Below are positions 26,701 to 36,682 of a DNA stretch of 64,000 bases, piece after piece. Origin of the DNA: Amphiscolops sp. MND2022 (lineage: Eukaryota). Numbering within the stretch: position 1 is the first letter of the stretch; the number at the start of each line of letters is the position of its first letter. The notes under the pieces are model-generated. The model saw only the letters and a program-made list of their open reading frames with translations. It ran no database searches and was not told where the DNA came from. The stretch is taken from contig OZ076409.1 in the NCBI GenBank assembly GCA_964187785.1, positions 22,880,001-22,944,000 on the forward strand. The letters run 5' to 3'. Made by a program: the position numbers and the translations under genes.

Positions 26701-27207
26701 TAGTGAAAGTGGAACGTCAACCAAACATTGGACATGATGCTATTCAAGATCCAGTCACCCCGAAGACTAGTAACGCTGATAGCTTGAGTCCGGTGCTTGC
26801 CGAAGAAAATACCGCACTAACCAATGATAGACCGAAACGACTACGATCCCAAACCCAAAAGTATCAAGCAAGATTCACATGAGCTAACTGAAAGAGGGGA
26901 TGTGGTCACGTTATCGTCACTTATTGTTGTTCGGTCAACAACTACCGTTCGCTACCGAAGAAGGTACTCTAATTTTTTTCGTTCCGAGATTCGGTTACAT
27001 AACACCGAATAATGGAGACTTCACCGAGAACTGGTGAAAGAACTCAGATAAGCTCTTACATAATATACTTGTATTTTAACTGGTGCTAATTGTTTCGAAT
27101 ACTACATACTTTTTTGTACGGATCATATAAAAAGATAACAAATTGAAATCGAGAACCTAAATTGAACTGAGTTTAAAACAAATTCTTTTCATAACCACTT
27201 CACGACA
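23715..27207 (+). mobile_element. Decayed, gag-deleted Ty3/Gypsy LTR retrotransposon
   Basis: LTRs 23715-24032 and 26901-27207 (TGTGG...CGACA, visibly diverged), TSD TTTTA, PBS-like TGGTGTCCAGAAC at 24035, PPT AAAGAGGGGA at 26891-26900. Confidence 0.93.
24300..26882 (+). pseudogene. pol: pol pseudogene (RT-RNase H-integrase) with frameshifts and stops
   Basis: RT KIDLSTAYWQIPL and YRDD; RNase H TTDAS; integrase H-x2-H...C-x2-C, LHMD, VSDNG, AER motifs split over several ORFs. Confidence 0.92.
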
Positions 27208-28936
27208 TTTTATTATGTTTATCTAAAACTTTCTTGTGGATGTTGTATTCGGTTTTTATCAAGCTTGTCGAAAAAGAACATCCAAAATTTGGTGGCAAAC
27301 TAGAACTTTGAAGTTTTGCAGGTTTCGTTAGGGAACAGTTTATTTGAATGCAACTAAGGTGTTATCATTTTCACCGTCATTGTATTGCGAACTGACTTCA
27401 GTCACAATGTGTAGCTTCCAGCAAAAGGAGCATATATTAGAGCCGGAACAGGGCCAAGGTTACTTGGACAGGAGACATAAGTTTTTCTCTGGTTTACATA
27501 CTCCCCGGTCCGTAGTTTGTCGTCCTCAGCAAAGCAACCCAGAGTAGATGTCCATATTCTAGTTGTCGTCCAGTGATACTGCAGGAATCTAGAAGTTTTT
27601 ACCAGCCTACTCGGCTTTCCTAGGTTTTTTTCTAGATGTGAGTTATAGCAACATGACTCCAAAAAATTAAAAAATCTAGCATCATTTTGAAGGCGTCATG
27701 TTTGTTTGGGGGATTGATTCGGATGGCACTTTACTAATTAGTGAGGAAAATGTTCGCGATAAACTTTAAATTGCACTTTTTATGTGGTTAGCTTGGTACC
27801 AGTTTTAAACAGAAAGTGCAATTAGTTAGCACCGGTTTTTAGTTTGGCTTTGTTAACATGTGTTGTTTTGTCACCAAACTTGTGGACGTTACAATGCAAC
27901 CAATAAACTAGCGTCTTATTCAGCGTGACATTTGAGAAGCGGTGGTTACATCAGATGACTAATTGATATACAAGAGCTTGAGAACAACTTGATCGTGTCG
28001 TTAGCGAAAAGGGAAGTATTTTTGAATATTTTAAACGTAATAGTCTCAGCAGCAGCGTAATTTTGCTAGATTTAAATACCACATAAAGTTTACTGAATTT
28101 TCTACATTTTCTTTCAAGTTCGTATCATTCAATGTCTTGTCAGAAATAGAATGGGATTTCAACTGACCAGTGTCGAATTTCAGCATCTTTTGAAACGTAC
28201 AATCCTAACACTGTTTTCTGATAAATCTCATAAGGAATGACAAGCCGGGAAATACTAACGCGCTAAACTCTCCGTAAGAATGTCAGAAAAACAATAAAAA
28301 TTGCAGGCAAGTTTGAAGAAAATTCGAATGTCAAGAAATTGCAACAAGTGTAAATACACGTCAAGTGAAAATTTACTCCATGTTTTTCGTAATGTATATG
28401 AAATATAGACTTTACCATTGTAATGGTTTTGCGTCAGCCTTTTTCATTCGTTGCGTAGTGAGCAAAATAGCTCTACCAAAATCTCTAAAAGATAATTTTC
28501 GTAGGCGATGTGGGCGAAAAGTTGGAACACGAGCGCTATAGGCAGATGGAGATGATTTCGAACCTGGGCAAGACTATCTTTTTGGTGCAGGATGGTAATA
28601 TAGTAACGGCCATAGAACGGCCAAAGTCGGCGCTATATCTAAGGCTCAAAATTGTAAAAGGGGGACCCTTCGGGCTTTGTGAAACTCCAGCTGGTTGCAA
28701 AATATGGAAAAAAATTGAGGGGGAGCCCTTTGGGGACTTGAAAAAATTTCCCAAAAAAATTGAAAACTGAGATTTTTGAACAGTGTCACAGTGCCAAAAA
28801 AATGTAAAGGGGGGGCCCTTTGGGATTTTTTGACATCCATTGTGTTGCAAAATGTTGAAAAAAAGGAGGTTGACCCTTTGGAGCAATCCAAAAAGTTTTA
28901 AAAAAAGTCGCATAGTGCCGAAAAAATAGGGGCTGT

Positions 28937-30457
28937 TGTCGCGGCCACAGCGTTGCGATGGGTCCGGTGTGCACCAGTAAGAAAACAAACAACGCTTGTT
29001 AAAAACTTCCAAAACCCAAGGACTCATTTGCAAGTCATGTAGTTTGTTTGTTTTGTAAATATTTGTTGTAATCAGGGTCATTTAGTTGATTTATTTTGTA
29101 AAACTGATGTCTTAAAATGATTTGCCAAACCTTAAGAGGATTTAATGATGTTTTTAATTATTCCTGATGATCCTAATGCAGTGCTAATAGTTCATTTTAA
29201 TTAAGCAGTACCAATTGTATACGACATTGTGCGTTTTGAGTGCTAATGAGTATGCGGTACTATGCGCATATGCATCTTTCTGATTTTCATTATGCGTCAC
29301 TATGCGGTTTGAACAGTGACATTTACTCGACACTATGCATCTTTCTAACTTTCATTATACGTCACTATGCGGTTTGAACAGTGACATTTACTCGACACTA
29401 TGCATTTTTCATTATACGTCATCCTGCGGTCTGAGGAACAATGAGTGCTCGGTACTATACGTTTTTCGCTATGCTTGCTTTAATATGAAGGATTAACTTT
29501 GCATTTCCATATACAGTAGTATAAGTCCATGATATATCATTGTTTAACACCTTTCTAGGGTATTATAAACCTCGTTATCATTTCTGAATGTCATGGAAGG
29601 TAACTCATGAGATATAAATAGGATGACGACATTCTGACGAAGTGCTATTATTAGTTTTTCCTAAGAATGATGCTTGTAAAATTGCGTGTCATCTTTTGTA
29701 ATTTTGTACTTTCTTGGGGAAAAAGGAGCTAACACAACTGATATAACTTTCTTCAGAACCAGTTTGTTCTCTGATAACGATTACAATCTTTGTGCTACAT
29801 TTTGGGATCTTTGAACATTTCAAATTGATTTCCTTTGAATATTTGTCTTCAATTCAAATTCTTGACCCTGCAAAACAATCATTTTCTCTTGAGCGAAAAT
29901 GGGCAATAAGAGAAGTAGAAGGTCTAGAAGACTAGAAACTCCTTCCCCTAGCAGAGAAGAAGGTGTTGAAACTCCAAACCCAGGTAATATGACTTTAACT
30001 AATTCTAACTTAGTTGACCAAGAAAACTTAGGTCCCAATATCTTGGAGAATCAAATAACTGAACCCAGCGTAATTAGCAATGAAATACAAGTTTGGACAC
30101 AAGAAATGGAAAAGAGAAACAATGACAGAATAGAGAAGATGAGGGAGGAGATTCATAATAAATTCGATGCAATCTTAAGAGAAATCAAAACTAGTAAAAA
30201 TGCATCTACAATCACAAACCCAAGATCAGAATCTAATGAAACACAAAACAATCAGCCGTCGGGATCCAGAAATAGGTCTATAGGAGTTCGCGCATCAGAA
30301 AATGAAAACTCTGATTCTGAAAATGAAGATAATCATCCCATCAGAGCATCGAACATGCATGAATTAAGAGACCCAGCAAGACCCTTTTGCCAAAATAGAT
30401 TTGAACTAGATGAAACATTAGTTTCAAATGAAGACTCTGAGGAGGAGGATTATCACA
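28937..30457 (+). repeat. Element A 5' LTR
   Basis: TGTCGCGG...TATCACA; direct repeat of 43453-44973 with about five substitutions seen by eye. Candidate TATA box TATAAATA at 29613-29620; 57-65-bp tandem units at about 29270-29460. Confidence 0.97.
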
Positions 30458-31578
30458 TGGTGACAGGAGCTAACCGACAACTCCATAGACACAGTTCGCA
30501 AAACCCACAGTCTCTAAACGACACAACAGGATCCCACGCAGCCCAGAACACAACAACTTCATCTGCAACACCCCTTGACCCAGTCAATCAAATTGCCCTG
30601 GCAATAGAAAAATTAGCAAACAAAAATGAATCACAAACATTCTTTCACCCAAAAAACACACTCACATTTAATGGAAAAAATGAGAAAAATGAAAAATTTG
30701 AGTATTTTGAGGACTTGTTCCACACAACACTCAGAATGCAACCGAATCTTACAGAAGACATGAAAATCAATCATTTCCACGCCCACCTGAGAGGCCTGGC
30801 ACTGAAAACGTTCAAAAACATACAAAGAACGCCCACAACAACCTTAGAAGACATTCTCAAAGTTTTCCGACGAAAATACGTAAAACCGGAGTCCAGCGCA
30901 TCTGCCAAACACAGATTCAATAGACTCTTCTTTGACCCCGAAAATCAAAAACTCCCGGATTTCCTTGAAGAACTTGAGGAAAGCGCTGAAAAAGCGTTCG
31001 GGACTAATGCGCACCAAATGATAGAGAATTTACTCTACGCTAAAATGCCTCCCCACCTCAAAAAGTCCATTAATCAAGCATACCTTGAAAACGGCACATA
31101 CAGCCAAATTGTCAAACATCTCGAACGAGAGATGGAACTCAATGGATTGGAATCCGATGAATCGCTGGTCAAAACACAGATGACCGCAACTAAAAAAGAA
31201 CACAAAACAGACAACACTAACAAAAAACAAACAAACAAAACCAAATCACAAACGCCAAAATCAGTCCCAAACAAGACCCTCAAAGATGGCCAATGCCGTT
31301 ATTGTAAAGAAGAAGGCCATATGATGACTGATTGCCCCAAATTAGCCAAACGACGTAAACTTCAGGAAGATCCAGATGCAGACAAATGCGAAAATTGTAA
31401 CACCCCCGGACACACTGAAGAAAATTGCTACTTTGGCGAGAATATGGAAAATCGCCCACCCAAATGGAACCTCACAGACGCCCAGAAAAAAGTAATCGAA
31501 AATTACAAACAAGCCAAAAAACCCATTAAACCTAAAATGGAACAACTCCAACAATCCTCTTCGAAGGATTTAAACTAG
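29899..31578 (+). CDS. gag: Gag polyprotein (559 aa), first 186 codons inside the LTR
   Basis: Capsid-like region (TFNGKNEK...FEDLF) and two CCHC knuckles, CRYCKEEGHMMTDC and CENCNTPGHTEENC; homologous to 55760-57448. Confidence 0.93.
   Translation: MGNKRSRRSRRLETPSPSREEGVETPNPGNMTLTNSNLVDQENLGPNILENQITEPSVISNEIQVWTQEMEKRNNDRIEKMREEIHNKFDAILREIKTSKNASTITNPRSESNETQNNQPSGSRNRSIGVRASENENSDSENEDNHPIRASNMHELRDPARPFCQNRFELDETLVSNEDSEEEDYHMVTGANRQLHRHSSQNPQSLNDTTGSHAAQNTTTSSATPLDPVNQIALAIEKLANKNESQTFFHPKNTLTFNGKNEKNEKFEYFEDLFHTTLRMQPNLTEDMKINHFHAHLRGLALKTFKNIQRTPTTTLEDILKVFRRKYVKPESSASAKHRFNRLFFDPENQKLPDFLEELEESAEKAFGTNAHQMIENLLYAKMPPHLKKSINQAYLENGTYSQIVKHLEREMELNGLESDESLVKTQMTATKKEHKTDNTNKKQTNKTKSQTPKSVPNKTLKDGQCRYCKEEGHMMTDCPKLAKRRKLQEDPDADKCENCNTPGHTEENCYFGENMENRPPKWNLTDAQKKVIENYKQAKKPIKPKMEQLQQSSSKDLN
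30458..30472 (+). promoter_or_regulatory. Primer-binding site (probably tRNA-Leu type)
   Basis: TGGTGACAGGAGCTA directly abuts the LTR-terminal CA and is identical over 15 nt in element B (56310-56324). The tRNA identity is inferred from similarity to TGGTGTCAGGAG. Confidence 0.8.
31569..31575 (+). promoter_or_regulatory. -1 ribosomal frameshift slippery site U_UUA_AAC
   Basis: X_XXY_YYZ heptamer in gag phase immediately before the gag TAG; the -1 frame is open from here into pol. Confidence 0.85.
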
Positions 31579-34500
31579 AAACGCCACGCCTTAACAACAC
31601 AAACGCCGAAATAAAACCACAAGATGACTGTCAGCATCAAGTGGAAACAATAAATATTCAACTTAAACGACCGACTACCGAACCTGAACCTACTCCTCCA
31701 ACTCCTGTTCAATCTGAAACTCCCAGCACCTCTCCAGATCAATACTACGAACTCTTGAGAGATGCACCAGACAACTACTTCACAAAACAACAAACCCATC
31801 CTGAAATTGACCCAGACCTCAATATTCACCACGATTCACCTATTAAAAATCATGTCACTATCAAAACTTCTTGCAATGATCAAAAACAACCCCTTCTAAA
31901 TGAAGACCTAGCTGAACACCTACAATTTGACAAAGAACGCAACTTGTCATACCTACCAATTTCAACATCCTTGACATTGAAGCGCAAACGACATATGTAC
32001 TACATTCCAATGGACTTCCAAAACCTCACACTTGATGGTCTTATTGACACAGGAGCTCTCACAAGTGCAATCTCCGAACAAGACCTCAATAAAATCAAAT
32101 TGCTCGCAAACGATGCGATAAAAGAAACTGGTCCTCCACCAAACTTTCAAATTATGGTGGCAAATGGACAACTAGAAGTCCCCATTGGTACAGTATTACT
32201 AGAGTTCGAAGTCGCAGACTTCATGTTAAAGGAAAACTTCATCATCATGAAAACTCTACCAAACCCGCTCATCGGATTGTGTTTCCTTCGCCGAAACAAT
32301 GCAATTTTCGATGTCACACAAGGAATCTTAACCTTTCCTTACCTCTCAATGCAACTGAAACCCGATACCCAAACAGCAATACGGCAAGCAACACCATTGT
32401 TTGCAGAAAATACCTACACACTCAGGCCAGGCGAAACACTCGCTATAGCAAGCAAAATGCCTCACCTGATGGACCATAATGCAACTGGAATAGTCACTCC
32501 ATCACAACAATTTGAAAACCACGATAGTATTTTTATTACAGCATCACTTAGCACAGTTAATAATAATTCTATCGGCTACCAGATCATCAATTTTTCAGAA
32601 TTGCCATATACAATAACCACTGACACCCATTTAGCGGATTTCAAAATTCTGACCCCAGAACAAATCAAACACATCCAACCAGTAGACCCAGCAGTACTAT
32701 CGTTTATGATACAACATGAAGAAACCACCGAAGTCTACATCAACGAACTCCTCAAAGTACCACAACCAAATTCTGAACAAGAATCGTACTGGTTTCCTAC
32801 CCCAGACGACCCAGGCGATCCCGCAACATATACTCCAATACAACAACGTATATACAATGAACTTCTTGAGTTAAAAGAACTCGAAAAACTGAATCCACAT
32901 GATAATGAAACATCCAGGAAATCATTCCTCTCAAATTTCGACTGGACAGATACAACACTTAGTTCAGAAGAACGACAAGAGATTGAAGAGATTCTGGTCG
33001 AATTCCACGACATTTTCGCCAGACATCGCTTTGATATCGGTATAAACCGCGAATTCAAAGTCAAATTAACACCCAACGACGACAGACCAGCTTACAGCCA
33101 GAGTCTGCCAACTCCAATCAACCTCAAAGATGACATCACAGTAGAACTTGCGCTTCTACACAAGTACGGTATAATCACAACTCTACCGTTTTCCAAATAT
33201 GCAAGCCCGATTTTTGCACAACGCAAACCAAACGGGCGCCTTAGACTCCTAGTTGACCTCCGGAAAATCAATAATCTTATCACTGAAGATTACGCCAATA
33301 ATAACCACCCGGTAAGCACCCTATCTGACGCAGCCCAACACATGGCAGGAAAAAAGCTTTTCTGCAAACTGGATTGCTCCCAGGCTTACCACTGCCTCCA
33401 AATGGCCGACTACCAATCTATCCAAATGCTCGCGTTTAACTTTGCAAGCAGAACATTTGCTTATCGACGCCTTGCCCAGGGTCTCAGTCGATCTCTCTCC
33501 GCATTTTCCAGCTTCATGAGAGAATACCTAGACAGAGCAATTAAAGCAGATCAATGTGCCCAATATGTCGATGATATCGGCATAGCAGCAAACGACACAA
33601 AACAATTGTGTATAAACATCAAAACTGTTTTTGAATGCATCCGGAACGCCGGACTGAAACTCTCCATGTCGAAATGTCATTTCGGAGTCAAACAAGTCGA
33701 CTTTTTGGGACGCACAATCACACCAGATGGAGTTGCCCCTCAAGCCGACAAAGTGAAAGATTTTTTGGCAAAACTCAAATTCCCAAAATCAAAAAAGGCA
33801 CTTCAAAGGTATATCGGATTCTTGAATTATTACCGAAACTATATACCTCGCCTTTCAGAACGACTCACCCCGTTTTTCAAACTCCTCAAAGAAACCTCCA
33901 AATTTTATGTCCCTACAAACTTGGTCGAAGACTTTACAAACCTCAATCAATTTTTGGAAAATTCTTGCCAACTCGCGCTGAAACAACCCTTGAAAGACAA
34001 ACAACTCATAGTCATGTCCGATGCAAGCTTCACAGCTGCAGGATATGCCATCATGATTGAAGACGATCCCAACCAGAAGCTTCAATCCAAACGAAAAACC
34101 TACGCACCCATTGCGTTTGGATCAAAAACGTTCAATCCAACACAAACGAAAATGTCAATTTATGCAAAAGAATTCCTCTCAATATATTTTGCATTCGTAG
34201 AGTTTGGACACCTCATGTGGGGGAGTACCTTCCCTGTCATCGTGTTCACGGATAATCGGTCTGTAACCCGGTTTTTTCAAACGAAAATGATTCCTCCAGC
34301 GCTTTGGAATGCATGCGATTATGTACTACAATACAATTTTGTAATCGCCCATGTAGCTGGATCGATGAACACAGCCGCCGATTTCTTATCTAGAACCGAA
34401 AGTAACCCAACCGAAAAGCTCGAAATGACAATTCGCAACGATATTCACACAAAAGCAATTGAAGTGATTATACAATCAACTGGAATTGTCGAAGAAGAAC

Positions 34501-36464
34501 AAATTTACATCCTTCCTGATGAAGAAATCGATGAAAATCAACTATGGGAAGAAAAACAAAACACTCGCAATCAAGCACAAAACGAAACTCACAACGACCC
34601 AGAGAACGACGTCTCTGAATTACAGCAATTTCACAAACCCACATCCGGATTGATCTCCTGCTCCTCTGGACACTTCAAGGACAATGCGAGGATACGCCTT
34701 GAACAGAACAATGACATAGTCCTTCGAAACCTGAGAGCCAAAATAGAAGGCGAACCGTTTGATGAAAACGAATTAGCTTCCGATTTCAGATATCAACACT
34801 ACTTACAAAACATAACACGAATCGAGATTAAACACGAAGTTCTCACACGCAAATACTATACAGATACAGGAATGATCTCGCATTATCAAATCCTCTTACC
34901 AATCCAACTTCTTGAAGAACTACTTCAAGCCCTCCATGGACATAACTCAAACCATCCAGGAATTACCAAGATGATTCAAGAAACACGTCAAAAATATTAT
35001 TACCCATGTATGGCCAAATACATAAAGAAATGGGTCAGTAATTGTCAGATTTGTATACAAACAAAACGTATCAACAATGATCTCCTCAGAACCGAACTCC
35101 TTAATTGTCCCGAATGGGACCTTGGACCGGAAGACATCTTACAGATGGATATTTTGCCAAACCTCCCCCCAAGCGGAGGCTACGATCACATCATCACAGC
35201 AATAGATGTCTTCTCAAGGTATTTGTTTGCTTATCCTGTGACTCGAATTACCGCAACAGCAGTTTCAAAAGTCATAATGGATATCTTATGCAAACACACC
35301 TACCTTCCAACAACTATAATCACGGATCTAGGCACTCAATTCAACGCACAAGTCACTCATGAAATTGCGGCAGTGCTTGGAATCGAAATGAAACATGCCA
35401 CAATGAAACATGCACAAACCATAGGACTCTTAGAAAGAACCCATGCCTCAGTTAAAACACACCTAAAAGCCGCCACAGGCGAATTCAGGAACAACTGGCA
35501 CAAATATCTTCCTCTAGCAGTCCTTAATCATAACACAACATACCATGCATCACTCGGTTGTGAACCCTCACGAGTTTTCCATGGCCGCATACCACACAAT
35601 ATCCTTGACTACAAACTTGGATACAATCCAAATCCGAGGTATCAACCACAAACTGACATTGCAGAAGAAATTCAAAAGCGCATGAGAACACTTTTAGACC
35701 AAACCAAAAAGAATATCATGCAATCTTACCTAAAATACAAGGCCTACTACGATAGAAAAGCAAAAGCAGCCCAGTTGGAGACAACAGATTACTGCTATAT
35801 TCTTAATCCAAAAGCCGATACACAAGCAACGAAAATACCATTCCGAGAATTCAGATGGTGTGGACCTTATAAAGTTGAAAAAGTGCTCCCTAACAATAAC
35901 TACATTGTGAGGAGACTTGGCACAAATAAAACCCAACTACTACATCGGATTCGTTTGCGGAAATTCACACCGCAGGCCCCTTTAGCAGACATTTTTGTTC
36001 GCGAAACCGACTGGCAAAAAGATGATCAAATGACTATAGCAAATGATGATCTATATGCCCAATCATGGAACACGAATTTTGGAGCAAATCCATTTGATGA
36101 CATTCCCTCAGATGCAATACACAATACTGAGGATACCGAATATGTCCCAATTCAAATACCCGACAATAGCCGCCCACCCTCCCCAGTATCTTCAAAAAAT
36201 AGCGGGGGGAGCCCAGTGGATCAGACCACTGAACCAGATCAAAATCACGGAAATCATGCTGATGAAATCCCACAACAATCAAATGATGATAATACCCAAA
36301 AAACCCGAAAAGATGTAAATAACGCAACAAACAATGATAATCAAAAAACCCCAGAAAACTCCCAAAATACCCCATTGCAAGAAGAACCCATAAATACCCG
36401 TGGTGAAAAATACAACCTACGTCCTAACCCCAACCCAAATTACTCTGACACTTATAGATACTAA
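31569..36464 (+). CDS. pol: Pol polyprotein: aspartic protease, dUTPase-like segment, RT, RNase H, integrase (intact)
   Basis: LIDTGA; KLDCSQAY and YVDD; SDASF/KEF/TDN/AADFLSR; H-x5-H...CQIC, MDIL, TDLG, LER. Uninterrupted frame. Confidence 0.97.
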   Translation, partial: FKLETPRLNNTNAEIKPQDDCQHQVETINIQLKRPTTEPEPTPPTPVQSETPSTSPDQYYELLRDAPDNYFTKQQTHPEIDPDLNIHHDSPIKNHVTIKTSCNDQKQPLLNEDLAEHLQFDKERNLSYLPISTSLTLKRKRHMYYIPMDFQNLTLDGLIDTGALTSAISEQDLNKIKLLANDAIKETGPPPNFQIMVANGQLEVPIGTVLLEFEVADFMLKENFIIMKTLPNPLIGLCFLRRNNAIFDVTQGILTFPYLSMQLKPDTQTAIRQATPLFAENTYTLRPGETLAIASKMPHLMDHNATGIVTPSQQFENHDSIFITASLSTVNNNSIGYQIINFSELPYTITTDTHLADFKILTPEQIKHIQPVDPAVLSFMIQHEETTEVYINELLKVPQPNSEQESYWFPTPDDPGDPATYTPIQQRIYNELLELKELEKLNPHDNETSRKSFLSNFDWTDTTLSSEERQEIEEILVEFHDIFARHRFDIGINREFKVKLTPNDDRPAYSQSLPTPINLKDDITVELALLHKYGIITTLPFSKYASPIFAQRKPNGRLRLLVDLRKINNLITEDYANNNHPVSTLSDAAQHMAGKKLFCKLDCSQAYHCLQMADYQSIQMLAFNFASRTFAYRRLAQGLSRSLSAFSSFMREYLDRAIKADQCAQYVDDIGIAANDTKQLCINIKTVFECIRNAGLKLSMSKCHFGVKQVDFLGRTITPDGVAPQADKVKDFLAKLKFPKSKKALQRYIGFLNYYRNYIPRLSERLTPFFKLLKETSKFYVPTNLVEDFTNLNQFLENSCQLALKQPLKDKQLIVMSDASFTAAGYAIMIEDDPNQKLQSKRKTYAPIAFGSKTFNPTQTKMSIYAKEFLSIYFAFVEFGHLMWGSTFPVIVFTDNRSVTRFFQTKMIPPALWNACDYVLQYNFVIAHVAGSMNTAADFLSRTESNPTEKLEMTIRNDIHTKAIEVIIQSTGIVEEEQIYILPDEEIDENQLWEEKQNTRNQAQNETHNDPENDVSELQQFHKPTSGLISCSSGHFKDNARIRLEQNNDIVLRNLRAKIEGEPFDENELASDFRYQHYLQNITRIEIKHEVLTRKYYTDTGMISHYQILLPIQLLEELLQALHGHNSNHPGITKMIQETRQKYYYPCMAKYIKKWVSNCQICIQTKRINNDLLRTELLNCPEWDLGPEDILQMDILPNLPPSGGYDHIITAIDVFSRYLFAYPVTRITATAVSKVIMDILCKHTYLPTTIITDLGTQFNAQVTHEIAAVLGIEMKHATMKHAQTIGLLERTHASVKTHLKAATGEFRNNWHKYLPLAVLNHNTTYHASLGCEPSRVFHGRIPHNILDYKLGYNPNPRYQPQTDIAEEIQKRMRTLLDQTKKNIMQSYLKYKAYYDRKAKAAQLETTDYCYILNPKADTQATKIPFREFRWCGPYKVEKVLPNNNYIVRRLGTNKTQLLHRIRLRKFTPQAPLADIFVRETDWQKDDQMTIANDDLYAQSWNTNFGANPFDDIPSDAIHNTEDTEYVPIQIPDNSRPPSPVSSKNSGGSPVDQTTEPDQNHGNHADEIPQQSNDDNTQKTRKDVNNATNNDNQKTPENSQNTPLQEEPINTRGEKYNLRPNPNPNYSDTYRY

Positions 36465-36682
36465 AAACAACTGACAATCCCTGACTCATTACTAGTACTC
36501 AGAAAACAAATACAGAAGAAACTCTCTTTTTTATCCTTCCTTTTTCAAATCAGCACTACGAGTGCGTTTCTTCATCCTGTTCTCCGATTCCTTTAACAAA
36601 TAAATACACAGGATACAGAGTAACTCAACAATCAGAAAACTAAAAGAAGATTATAAATATAACAAGATAATGCAGACAACAG

